Assembly (NCBI GenBank): GCA_964187785.1
Contig: OZ076419.1
Span: 34,410,001-34,474,000 of the forward strand
Reading direction: 5' to 3'
Length of the DNA: 64,000 bases
DNA from: Amphiscolops sp. MND2022
Taxonomy: Eukaryota
Below the pieces are notes generated by a model. It did no database searches. It was not told where the DNA came from and was given only the letters and a program-made list of their open reading frames with translations. Positions 26,127 to 38,287 of the stretch are shown here, piece after piece (position 1 is the first letter of the stretch; the number at the start of each line of letters is the position of its first letter). The translations under genes and the position numbers were made by a program.

Positions 26127-26638
26127 GAAAGTTTCTTCATTCTCCCTCGAAGTTTAAATTTGAAAAAAATAATGGTGAAACTTAAAAACTTGACTTGGTA
26201 GTTTATAAGATTTCAAATTAGCATTTAGTCACAACAATTGTTTTTTTATCGAATTATTTTTTTCTTTTCGAGGAACTGGGATAAAAATACTCTGAACGTT
26301 CTCTATAAATATGGAGAAACTAGGTCATTTTCGTTCTCCATATTTATAGAGAACGTTCAGAGTGTTTTTATCCCAATTCCTCGATAAGAAAAAAATAATA
26401 CTCGGAGTTGAAAAAATTCCTTAGTATGTATCCCTGTTAGTGAAGCACTGTTGAATAATTATATTAATCGAGTATTTTTCACTAATGCTCAGTAGCAGAA
26501 AAAAGCATCTGAAACTTGGGATAGTAAAAACTTAGTCATAATCGTTCTGGCCAAAAAATCACAAGAATTACCTCACGGTTATATTTATTTCCTTGGACTG
26601 TTTCGGGGAAAGTGAAGAGAAAACCATTTCTCCAACAG
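26127..26638. mobile_element. 512-bp insertion in the tetraspanin A coding exon (candidate TE-derived intron)
   Basis: CCAACAG duplicated (26120-26126, 26632-26638); imperfect terminal inverted similarity; absent at the homologous position of paralog B. Confidence 0.8.
26254..26398. repeat. Near-perfect ~65-bp-arm inverted repeat (hairpin)
   Basis: Arm 26254-26318 versus 26334-26398 with a 15-nt loop actaggtcattttcg. Confidence 0.9.
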
Positions 26639-26690
26639 AATTGGGCTTGCTGTGGCGTCGCTGGACCCGGAGACTATCCATACTACCATG
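26639..26690 (+). CDS. Tetraspanin-like paralog A, exon 3b (CCG motif)
   Basis: NWACCGVAGPGDYPYYH; acceptor ttctccaacag|, donor G|gtgtcc. Confidence 0.8.
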
Positions 26691-28416
26691 GTGTCCCGTG
26701 TCGAAATAATCGGAGAATCTTTTCACATGTTGTTCATCTTGGCGGGCGTTTATTTAAAAAATCACCAGTGAACAAAACGTTAAAATTGAAAAAAAATGTC
26801 AAGCAACATAATTGTAAAGATGAATTGACGTCGTGAAGCAAATTCCAATACTCTATGACTTTGAAAATTGCACTATTTTGGAATGCATTTTCCAAAGCTC
26901 ATTGAGTTTTATTTTCAGTCGGTTCTTTTTACCAAAAAACCAGACTATTGCAGTGACTTGCTCTTTTTGTTCTTTTTTCTTCGGAAAATCCCGCATTGAA
27001 GTGTCCACTTTTTTATTCGGCACATTTGATAAGGAAATGGTCCCGACTATTACAGTGACTACTAGTTTTTGTAAGACCATTGAATATATGCGAATGGTTC
27101 ACTTTTCAACAGTTTAGAGTTTGTTCAAGTAGCCATCCGAGCTTCCCAAGCAGATGGCCATAGGTTCGATGTCTGCCTAGCGCTAAAGATCTGTTTGCAA
27201 ATGCTTGACATGTCAAAGGGTCCCCCTTTTGTTTCAACATTTAAAAAAGAATTTTTCAAACCTAAAGGTCCCATTTTTGGGTTTGTGGAACTGTGCGACA
27301 TTTTCCGAAAAAAAATCATCAATTTGGATATTTTTTGATGTTTCCGGTGAAAGGAAAGCGTTTTTCTGGGCCGTTTTTTGGATGTCCCTTCTGATATTTT
27401 AGCCACTCTGAAAGTTATGAAAACATCCCAAAAGCCAACCTGATCATTTTATTGAGATTTTGAGCTTTTTGAGCTTTAACAGGGGCCTTCCTGTCGTTTT
27501 GTTCACCTTCGTTAGCGGTTCAATTTTGCTGTAGAGCAATTGTAAAATATATCTAGAGCAATTTTTCCAAGCTAAACAAATAACAAAAAGCCCGCCTTTG
27601 AGGTATTTCAGCACTATGCGAAATTTTTAAATATCAGTGCTGTTGAATATCATACATAATTGCGTGGTTAAGCTCGTGAACCGAAGTTGCGATTATATAC
27701 TATTCCCTTTCACGCTGTGCTTGTCCTGTTTTGCAAAAATGACATAATTTTTCTTGGCATCGTTTTTAGAGACTATCGTAACCGTGGTTTTCGGTTGGCG
27801 GAATACTTGCTACTTTAGCAATAAAGGACTTTGACTGATCGGATGATATCCATGAGAAGCGGGACCTTCTCCCCACGTGACAACACTAAGGAGCCACCAA
27901 GAGCCTATTGAAAGATGCGAGGCCGTTCAGTATGAAAAGCAGTGCCCATCCCTCTGGGTATCTTTAGCTCACAATTGCAAGCCACGCGGCAGCTTGTCGT
28001 TACATTGCTTCTATTGGTTTCTTGGACCTCGTGTATTTACAGTTTTCAGCAGTTTAGCGTTTTTGGCTACAAACTATTCGAGACTTCAAAAAAGTTACCT
28101 GAAGTCATTAGGCTTTCATTTGGCCGCAGAGAGTCATTGTTCCAGAGACTGTAGCTTCGAACAACAAAAATGTGCCAAGTTATCGCACTTTCAAGCAGTA
28201 AACGCCAACAGTAGAATTGAAATTTCTCGAATTTTCTCAATGAAGGAAACAAAGCCAAGGATCCCAATGAGGATGTTTTCAGCCCACGAAATTTGTTCGA
28301 AAGTGTTGGAAAACTTGAATAACAATAAGAAGATAACAATAACACTATTTCAAGCAACATTTCAAATAAATGTTTTCTCAATTTGTCCAAAAATTTTGAT
28401 TTTAAAATTCGACCAG

Positions 28417-28703
28417 GGATCGACCCGCCCCCCTCGTGCTGTGGGAAACCCCCTTGCAGAAACAGAGAAGGCTTATTCAACAAAGGGTGTCGCTTCGTTA
28501 TGACAGACGTGTTTTTCGTGGCCAAAGTGATCTACGGGATTCTGGGAATCTTAACTGGCGGAGTTGTGATTTTATGGTTTTTCATAACTATCAAGTTGAT
28601 TGATTATAAACACATTTTAACCCGAGAACCCGAAGTGAATACTCTTGACGCTGATGAAGATGACGAACATGAAATCGATGTCGAACATTTGAAGATGGAC
28701 TGA
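28417..28703 (+). CDS. Tetraspanin-like paralog A, last exon (PxSCC, GC, TM4, acidic tail)
   Basis: IDPPPSCCGKPPC...NKGCRFV, TM4, ...EHLKMD*; acceptor ccag| in compatible phase. Confidence 0.85.
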
Positions 28704-29692
28704 ACGAAAAGTTAAAGCAAGCATTTCAGAGTAATCAAACGTTTATGACAAATAATTTCATTTTCCCCATTTGCACGGCTGACTTCCAAATTTTTGGAAT
28801 TTTTTTTTCAAAAGGAAGCCACCAACTCCTCTGACTGGCCAATTTTGCAAATTATTCTCACGTCGTCTCAGTAGGCCTCATATATTTAGCTCATTGTAAT
28901 GTTTCGAGATGATTCATAATTTGATCGATTTTGAATGGTTGATTTCAATATAATTAATACTTACACTGATGTTTTAATGTGTATATGAAGTATAGATGGA
29001 ATTCCCAATTATTATCTGTTTCATTGGTCTCAATGTACAAGAATTCACCTTCTAAGAAGAATTTATCACTAAATGTTGATGGGTATGCACATTTGATCAA
29101 GTGACTAAAACGTCAAAAATGGCTTAACACTGTAATTTTAAGCTGGTCCTTGAAAAAAAGTTTCGAAAAGGAAAAATTTCGTTGACATGCCTGATGAAGG
29201 AGTAAAGAAATGTTCTGGAATTTCTGAAGACACACACAACACAAAAAAAAACGAGAAAGGGAGACATAACTGTAAATAAAACTTTCGGGGACCCATATCC
29301 TAAAGATTTCTTGCGTTCCAGATACTGTAACTTGACTTATATCAGATTTATCATCTGTACCCCGTCGAAGTAAGGCAATTTGAAGTGGTTTTTATAATTT
29401 ATCCGTCATTTACTTAGGTCATTTCTCTGAATATCCAAGTACCAAGAACAAAGAACTCTCTTACTCGTTTTGAAAGACTACTCAAACGTTGGATCTGATA
29501 GCTTATATTGCGTAATTTGTGGCAAATGCACACTGAAAGGTACGATATAAGATTTCGAAGGATCCCCAAAACTTCTTTTTGGACAATGTGCCTGAAGCGT
29601 ACATAGTCTTCAAGTCCTGAAATATTCTGACTATTTACACTTTCCCAGCCGTTGTAGCGTCCTGCTCTAGGTTTACGTTACACATGTAGCTA

Positions 29693-30780
29693 CAACAGTG
29701 TAAGAAATAAACTGAACCTACAGTGGTGTGAAGAAAGAATGCGACCTAGAAATTTTGATGCGCTTTGCAAAACCTTGATTAACCAAGTAAAGAATAGGAT
29801 CTCAGACGGAACAAACATATCTTCAGAAAGATTTCAGCTGATTCATTTCAAGGGCTTTCAGCTGATTCATTTAATTACATGAAATGATGCCCCAAACCAG
29901 CAAAAAATAATAATCTAAACTTGCAAAATCTTCCTGTTTGTCAAGTTTCCAATTTGTACATAAATCAACTGTTTCAAGAATTATAATTTGATACAATGAC
30001 CAAGGACATATTAATAACAATAAAAGTCCCAGTCGGCTGAAACAGTCATCCAAAGAATAGAAGGAATTGTGATTAGACCTTCAAAAAAGACACTTTTTGA
30101 ACCCTTCACAAATAAAAAAATTCCAGACATTTCAAATTGTACCAGTTACATCAGGGAAATATCGATCAAGTGTTGATCAGCATTCGTTGAGGGCAAAAAA
30201 TTGCCAAGAAACACTCAATTTCTGGGACAAATCGACAGAAAAACGGGCGAAAAATATTTTGTTCGAAGATAACGCAATTTTCTGGAAAACAGTCGTTTTT
30301 TTGGACGAGACTATGCTTGAACTGAACAGTAAAGGAAAGGATCCTGTGAGAATACTCAGAAAAAAACGTTTGGATAGTGACTTTTTCCAGAAAAACAGTT
30401 CATTTCTCGAAAAAAATGATGATTTGGGGATGTATTCGATCGAATGCCGATAGATTGCTGATACCTATTAAAAACATGGTGGATTCAAAAAATACACCAA
30501 AATTATTAAAGATCATAGTATAGACTTCCTACATATGCATGAACCATTCCAACAAGACGACGCCCGGCTCATACATCGATGAAAACCAATTTTTTAGGGA
30601 AAATGGGTTCACTTTACTGGAAAATTGACCTGCACGGTCTCCTGATCTCAACATTATCAAAAAGTTGTGGAATGGTCTGTAAAAAACTTCCAACGAACCT
30701 AGAAAAACTTTAAAAACTTAACGACTCCATTCATCGCCGATTACATGTAGTCGTTGCAAAAAGGTATCCGATGAAATATT
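29693..30780 (+). mobile_element. Decayed Tc1/mariner transposon
   Basis: FWKTVVFLDET, FQQDDA and SPDLN-like relics; left TIR ta|caacagtgtaagaaataaactgaacct shared with the 36395 element. Confidence 0.75.
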
Positions 30781-32040
30781 TGGTTTTTTCTGCGTAATGG
30801 TAAGTTTTGTATTTTTTTTTAGATATTTTATGCTGTATTTTTGATTTGATTTCATTTCAAAAAAATCTTACGGAGTCGCATTTCTTCTAAGCAACGGGAT
30901 TTTTCCGCCAAAAACAACGCTTCAGCGCGGGTTCCAACCAATGACTTTGTGTTTGTCAGGCAGGCGCACTACCAACTGCGCAACGGTTACTAAGTTATCT
31001 AAATTACTATTTCTTAAATGGAGTAATAAAGTGCAGATTTCGCAGAATTTGGAAAACAAAACTCAACACAGATTATGATTTTCCTCCCCCATACACAATA
31101 ATTTTGTGGGGGCGGAAAATAGAAAAAGAATTGGATTAAAACGGGGCCTTGAAAAAGGTACTTTTTAGGTGGGGTGATTTAAAAATAGACAAACAAATGA
31201 AGCTGTCACCTATCCAAAACTACTTCAGACAGTCACCGAGCTAATTTTATTTGCGAAAGAGGCCTCGACAACAATGTGATATGAAAACTGAAATTGCGAA
31301 GTTTGGCAATACACCTTCATCTTTTTGTGAGAAAATTATTGGGGGCTATATTTAGTTTTATGTTTCCATGATGCTGGCATGACATCAGATATTTTCTCAA
31401 AGACCAAGCGAGAGCCAAGACGTTTTGTCGAAGGAATTAGGTTTCTTAGCGTGAATTTGGGTAAAAATCCCAACTTGCTGGTTTGCAAGAAATGGATAAA
31501 TAATTAGTGAAAAAATTCAAACAATTTTATGTAAAGTAAAAAAAAAACAATTCATCATTATCCTAATTGCAGATATTCTGTTGAATTGAAGGTCTTTCGT
31601 CCAGACAGGCACAAGCTCCTAACGTTCCAGAGTCTGTTTGGATAATAAGAAAAAATCAACGTTAGGTTGATTCAACCCTCACCTACTGTCAGCCAAAAGA
31701 CTGAAAAAAGTGCTTCTTCCGATTTCTTTAAACATTGTCGTTTTTCTAGACAAGTTCAACTGGAAGAAAAATGAAAATTCGGCATTCGTCAAATTTGAAC
31801 CCCCGTCCTCTCATCTTTTTGTAAACAAGACTTGAATTAAAAACGACAGAAAGGCTATCTTCGAATGATTGACGATTTAATCGAGTTTCAATACGTTGTC
31901 AAAAAACGGTAATATCATAGCTCAATTGGGAAATACATTTAAAAAACCATTCAGTTGAGCTTGATTCAAACTCTCTTGTTATTGTTTCCAAATCTGACAC
32001 ACTGTCAAAGTGTTAAGCCAGATGACCGTTCCGATAAAAG

Positions 32041-33000
32041 GGAGGAGGCGGAAATTTCGTCGTCAGAAAATTCGTTGTCAGAAATTTCATTTCGTCGTGA
32101 CACGTTTCGTTGTATTAGCGAATCCTGAAATTTCGTCGTCAGAAATCTCATGGCCAAATATTTCTTAACAAAATTAATAGCGTACAAAACCGGAACGCAC
32201 AAAATATAGCGTCTTCAAAATAGTTTAATTTGTAACTATTTCCTGTTTCAGGATTCGATGTCCCTGTTTCAAAACCACTCCTTTTCTTTAGACAATGGTT
32301 GTCTCGTATTTCAAGTTACTGGAGAAATTCAATTTTGGGCCCTTTTCGGAGCTTTCAAAGACAGTTTTGTGATTAAGAAATTGTCCCGCTATGCGCTGAG
32401 CGTCGTTATCAACAAATTAAAATAGCTTATTTGCTCTCACTTTCAAATTTGATTGGCGCATCAAATGGAATCTCAGGCGTAGAAAGAATACTTCAGTTAT
32501 TTTCCCTGATTTTAGCAGGTTTTTGAAACTTTTTCTGACAACTTTTAAATTCCTCGGATTCTGTAGTTTGTATAAATTTCAATAATATATTTTTTGTTTC
32601 AGAAACGAAGCATTCTAAACGAAAATTTCCAATCTTAATACATGTGAATCGACAAAATTTCATCTTTCGAGTATGATAATTCGAAAATAGTTAATCATTT
32701 TTGAAATTAAAAGATATCCAGATTCAGTAGTTTTGTGGATTTAATTGAGCATAACACTTGTCAAAAAATCTGTGGATAAAACTGTCAAAAATTGGAAAAA
32801 CGGAAAAAAGTCCCAAATTCGCTCAAAATCAGCTATTTGTAACCTTCTCAATTTTTGTCTGAAATTTTAAAAAATTCTAATGTAAATTAGATGATGTTCT
32901 AAGAAATTTCCTTTTCTGACGTTTTTTAAAATTTTCAATCGATTTCGAGAAAATCTAGCCTAAAATAGCCCGGGGGATGATTTCTTGATCGCAGTGCTGT
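32041..33000. mobile_element. GAAATTTCGTCG-family element, partial copy
   Basis: gggaggaggcggaaatttcgtcgtcag start; body homologous to 24310-25200 without the nested MITE; right boundary approximate. Confidence 0.6.
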
Positions 33001-33750
33001 ACTTTTGGGCTACTTGGTTTTGACTTCCAACACATGAACTAAAACTCACATCCTGTTTGATTCGAGGAAAATTCCATGCTGTCTTTAAAACTCAACAAAA
33101 AGAGTTCACACTTTGTTTCAAAAGAATATGCTTCAGATTTTGCTTGAGTTCTAAATTTATTGGTCAGTTAGATTTTAAAAGCACTTTCTTACAGACAAAA
33201 CTGCCACTGTCGCTAAAGGTAACTCGATTTTTGAGTAATTCAGAAAAAAAACGTCAGACCAATTTAATGTGATCAATGAAATTAGGTTTAGACGTACAGA
33301 AAACTTTTGAAAGAATTTAAATGCCTTTTTTTAAAAAAATTTTTATGTTTAGTTTTTATGAGGTTCTCCTCATTATCGGTTTGGACGTCAGAAACATCAA
33401 GCAAGCAAGACCAGACGTTATCAAGTTAAACAAGTCTACTTCCTTTCCATGATGCTAAAGACACCTATGCCAAACGGGAACTTGAATAAAAGTTGGATTT
33501 GAAAAAAAAAACAAAGAATTCACTTGAATTATTGTATTCCATCAGCCCAAAACTTAACATGATTCACACATTTTTATTCATTTCCAATATTTATCCTGTT
33601 TTTTAAGCTAAAACACCCGGTAATTTGCTTGATGTGAACTTTGATTCTTTCAAACGTAACGTTTTTGCCCGTTTTGAATCCAAGTATCGGCAGGGAAAAG
33701 TTTAGAAGTTATATTTCAGTTGCACGAAGTTAGCGAAGTGAACATTGAAA

Positions 33751-33817
33751 ATGAGAGATAGAAGGAAAAGGGAGGTTCGAGAATGGGCGTGGGTCTGTTC
33801 TTGCACAATGGCGATTG
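33751..33817 (+). CDS. Tetraspanin-like paralog B, exon 1
   Basis: MRDRRKREVREWAWVCSCTMAI; donor G|gttcct inferred from phase and homology with paralog A. Confidence 0.65.
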
Positions 33818-34759
33818 GTTCCTGTTTAGCTGTCTTGATTCACTGTATTTACTTCGTCATAAAATCCGCAGCTTTGCCAAAGCATGTGGGAATAGAAGGA
33901 CAGTGGAACCACCACTTTTCCCAGACTAAAAGAAAACGAATTGAAAATTACAATATTGAATGTAATTACATGTACATGTAGCTACATGTGGTAGAGGCAT
34001 TGTCTTATCTTCATACTTTGTACAGTGTAACTCGCTTAATTTCACACCGGTTAATTTCACACCTCGGTTAATTTCACAACTAATCAAATCCCCTCCCCAA
34101 TAGGTGTGATTTCCCTAATCAAATCCCCAATGGGTGCGAAATCAAGCGAGCTACACTGCAAAAGCTATTGTGAGAAAATAGTTAATTATGCGTATTTACT
34201 GACAACCTGCCAAAATGAGCTAAAGTGGCAATATTGAAGTCAGCCACAAAATCAAGATGCGTCACAAAAGTTTTGACACATTCAATCTCTTCTGATTACA
34301 ATGGCTAGTTCGAGTTGCAAGACTACACTACATGTAAAGTTTTCAAAAACCGGAACACAGAAAATACTGTGACCGGCGAGAATTTTGAACATCTTGAAAG
34401 TTTGAAAAACATTCGAAAATTGAGCAATACAATCTCATACTGAATTTCACTTGAAAAATAAACGTCTACTTAGGTGTCTAATAAAAATCTATGAATTAAC
34501 TATAAAACAATCATTGACAACGATTGCAATCCGTTTTGTGAAAACAAAAAACTTGAAGCCAGTCCTAGATATTTTTTCAGAAAATTCAAGGTTTCAATAC
34601 CAATTTCACTGTAAATGTTGTAAATGATCATAGCGTACAATAATGCGCATTGATTTTGGCCTCCGAAGGATATATAATTCATATAAAATATTTTTAAAGC
34701 AATGTTCAAGTGATGTTTTGTGCTAAGATTGAGCAAATGGGAAAGGAGACTCACTGCAG

Positions 34760-34882
34760 GTTTAATTTCGCTGAATTTATGCTCAATGTTGGTTTCTTTG
34801 ACTGGTGCGTGTCTCGTTAGTGCAGCTGTTTGGTACCGAGCACGGAAACGACTAGAATGGGTTCTGGTTTGCTGTGTCGGAG
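34760..34882 (+). CDS. Tetraspanin-like paralog B, exon 2
   Basis: ctgcag|GT...GLISLNLCSMLVSLTGACLVSAAVWYRARKRLEWVLVCCVG G|gtagga; TM1-like with conserved Asn. Confidence 0.8.
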
Positions 34883-35563
34883 GTAGGATGTAGCAGTGAA
34901 AATAATTTCCGTTATACTTCTCGTGATCTGGCTAGCGATCAACAAAGTGTTTTTTAAAGTTTTCACGATTAGTAGAGAAGTTTCTGGAATAAAATTCTGA
35001 GTGGCAATTTTGCAAAAGAAGTGCTGCTGAACTTGAGTTTTTCTCAAAGTATCCATTGAAATATGAACTTTTTTCCTTAAATGTAAGAGAAAACAATGCC
35101 TGGCGCGCTAAAATGGGACCCTTTCGGATTTTTAACACCCCATCTGTTGCAAAATATCAAAAAATGAAGGGAGCCTTTTGAAGACATAAAAATATTGTGG
35201 AAAAAAAGGCGCACAATGCCGAAAAAAACTGAGAGGGACCCTTTGGGATTTTTCAACATCCATTCTGTAGCAAAACATCAAAAAAATGAATGGGGGACCA
35301 TTTGGAGGAAAAAATCTTCGACGAGTTTGCGCCCACTTAATAATCAGTTAGTCAGTTTAACCGACTGACGCCACTTCTAAGACTTGAAAAATCTAAAGTT
35401 TTTGATTGTGATCATTGTGTCACCAACACGGTGTTCAAGATTATTCTGTGAGTCAAAATGAATTCAAAATGAAGTTCTGTGAAACCATAGAGGTTTTGCT
35501 TCACCTAGAAAAGTAAACCGAAAACCTTTATATTAGCGGAATCCTTATCCATACATTTTACAG

Positions 35564-35824
35564 TTACTATCCTATTTACACCCTTTACTCGAGGTGGAGC
35601 CATGGGCGTTGTTTTGGGGAGTTTTGGAGTTTGCACTTTCTTCTCTGTTCCTTCAAACACGGACGATGCACAAAAGAGATTGGATCCATTGCTAAGACAC
35701 GAACTTGAGAGTTATGACAAAAATGTTGTCATTCAAAAGAAGCAACAAAATGTTTTCGATGCCACTCAGCAAAACTTTGCTTGCTGTGGAGTGGCAGGAC
35801 CGGGAGATTGGCCCTTTTACCATG
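35564..35824 (+). CDS. Tetraspanin-like paralog B, exon 3
   Basis: ttttacag|...TPFTRGGAMGVVLG...QQNFACCGVAGPGDWPFYH G|gtattt. Confidence 0.88.
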
Positions 35825-36394
35825 GTATTTAGTGTCGAAGTTTTTTATTTGGCAATTTTGCCAATTTTTCACAGTGACTTTCACTTGACCAGAATTGTAA
35901 GTGCGAATTGTGGGTATCGTTCAACAATGCTAAAATCGCATGAAAACGCTTTTCTGGGCAGAACAGTACATCCAAAAACTGAACAATATTGAGTGAAAAA
36001 TTGAAAATTCTGATTCAGTAGAAATAGAAAAAGTATTCAGTCATTGATACTTCAACGACGGTTTTTTTTCAAAATTTTCATCCTACTGATTGTTTCTTTA
36101 ATATTTGAGGTATTTTGGTAGGAATGGAATGATATTTTTCAAATGTTGAAGAAATTTTCTGATGCTTGTCATTCACGTGACCTTTCCATTGACAAGTTGA
36201 ACAAAGTCAGTCATTCCCTGGTATTCCATCTGCTTCCAAATAGTTTCATCAGCACATGAAATTATGGAGTCTCGATGAGTGAGCATATGCAACACTGCAT
36301 TTCATCTGGAGCCTATACAACTGGCCTGGAAAATGCCAGCTTAGATAATCATTTGGCTTTCGATACCTCGTACGCTGATTACACTTTTCACTAC

Positions 36395-37054
36395 TACAAT
36401 AGTGTAAGAAATAAACTGAACCTTAATTTGTAAAAAAAAAAGAATTGGACCAAAACAAAACTAGCTCTGATTTCTGCTATGATCCAAGTTATTTGAAAAT
36501 CAAATGAACCAACATTCTAAAGTTTTGTTGGTCACTTGAAATGTAGGTTTGCAAATAATCGGAAAACGTCCAAGTTTAATATTTCATTGATTGTATTTAC
36601 TACTGAATTGGCATATGGGACATCATTTTAGACAATTTTGTATCATTTGGCACCTAATTTTAACTTTCGTTTTTGGACGTACTTCTTCATTTCCTGAAGA
36701 CATTCAGTTGTTTTACATCAAGGTAATTGGTATTATATAGTTTTTGATGAGGGTTTTCTATTATTTCATTTCATTTACTATCTTAATACGTGGGACTTAG
36801 CTACTTTCGCAAAGATTGCGGATTTTGTTTTCGGTATAAGGATTTTTACCAATAAAAGTAATATCAGGAGAATCTGTTAATTGAGGCGATTGTGTACCCA
36901 TTATCTTAAACATTCAATTTGCCTTTCCAGTCCCTTAAATTCATGGGTGAAATAGAGATTGAAAGAAATCACCATGTAAAATGCTAGCTTTGTTTACATG
37001 CAGTCGAAATATTTCTTATAAATAAGGGTTCAGTTCTTTCCTGACAATATTGTA
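36395..37054. mobile_element. Tc1-family non-autonomous element
   Basis: TIR tacaatagtgtaagaaataaactgaacct / agggttcagttctttcctgacaatattgta with TA ends. Confidence 0.65.
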
Positions 37055-37227
37055 CCTAGCAAAACATTCCTAAAAAATTGATTCCTAAATGATTGTTTCT
37101 TTTGGTTTTCTCAAGAAATGAAAAAAAAAATTAACACGGGATTTTGATTCCAGTATTTCTACCAATAGCGACTAGAAGTAGTGGAAAGCTGGAAAGTACT
37201 TTTTACTTGGCCTAGAGGTTAAAACGA

Positions 37228-37295
37228 GTTTCTCTACCTCTAAGCAAGAGTCAATAGGTTCGGTCCCGCACTTGACCAAAAAAACTTTAATCCTT
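37228..37295 (+). other. tRNA-like module of HINE family 1, isolated relic
   Basis: TGGCCTAGAGGTTAA...AGGTTCGGTCCCGC then ttgaccaaaaaaa, as in family-1 copies. Confidence 0.5.
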
Positions 37296-38003
37296 GCGAA
37301 GGTAAAAGGTTTTTTCACATTTTTGTCTTTCAAAAAGTTTCCCAATGGTTGATTCTCGCGAAATTGTGTTTTCTGTTTTCAGTTACAGATGAACGGTTTA
37401 CGAGCCTGTGGAATTCCTTTGTTGGGTTTTTTGGCATTGTGGACTTTTTAAATATATATTTTTCAATGTAGAGTTTTCTTTCAATTTTTTTTTCATTTCA
37501 GAAGACTTTGAGCCTTCACCGGCCACCGACTTGGACCGTTTCTTTTTCTTTTAATTGAACCATTATGAACAGAGTGGGGTATTGACATTTTTTTCCATTA
37601 CGTTTTGGCGAACGGAAGGCAATGAAAATACTCATCATGAAATTATCACTTTGGAACTCTATTTACATGAATTTTTGTCAGATCTGGAATCTGGAGAGGT
37701 CCTTGTACTTGAGATTATTCCGTTAGTTTTTTCCGAACAACTGATGCTTGAGAGTTCGAGTTCTTTCAAAGGAACCTTGTAACAGTATTTAAAAATATTG
37801 GTACCACCGCACCTCTCGTTTTCAATAGTTTTAGGCTGCTGCTGCATTTCGAAGTAATTGAATCTTCCTCTCGGTTAAAGTCCCATCATTAAGGCATTTT
37901 CGAGTTGTCGAAATTTCATTTTATATAATTTACTGTGAATCTGTTACTGAAAATCATTAGCTCCATTTACCAACTTAGTAAAACGTTCAAAAATTTCGAC
38001 AAG

Positions 38004-38287
38004 GCATGGACCCACCCCTTTCATGCTGTAGCAAGTCCAATTGCCCCAATAAAGAAGAATTATTCAACAAAGGGTGTCGTTTCGTGATGGCCCAGGTAAT
38101 ATCTGAGACCAAGACTATAGTAGCTGTCTTGGGATTTTTGGCTGCCATAGTAATGACTGTGTGGTTAATAATAACTATCCCACTAATTGACTACAAGCGT
38201 ATACTGACGGAAGAACACGAATTGGACTCACTTCAAGACGGAGATGATACAAATGAAGGTAGTACGGAGCATTTAAAAATGGATTGA
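38004..38287 (+). CDS. Tetraspanin-like paralog B, last exon
   Basis: MDPPLSCCSKSNC...NKGCRFV, TM4, ...EHLKMD*; the four exons join into a 244-aa ORF. Confidence 0.88.

Noticed and set aside
27877-28525. Long ORFs 27877-28503 (+) and 28067-28525 (-)
   Set aside because: No recognisable domain; they overlap a tetraspanin intron/exon in other frames.
33818-33981. Extension of tetraspanin B exon 1 along the ORF-track frame
   Set aside because: Homology with paralog A stops at the A(I/L)G codon and exon 2 supplies the TM1 continuation, so the extension is probably intron.
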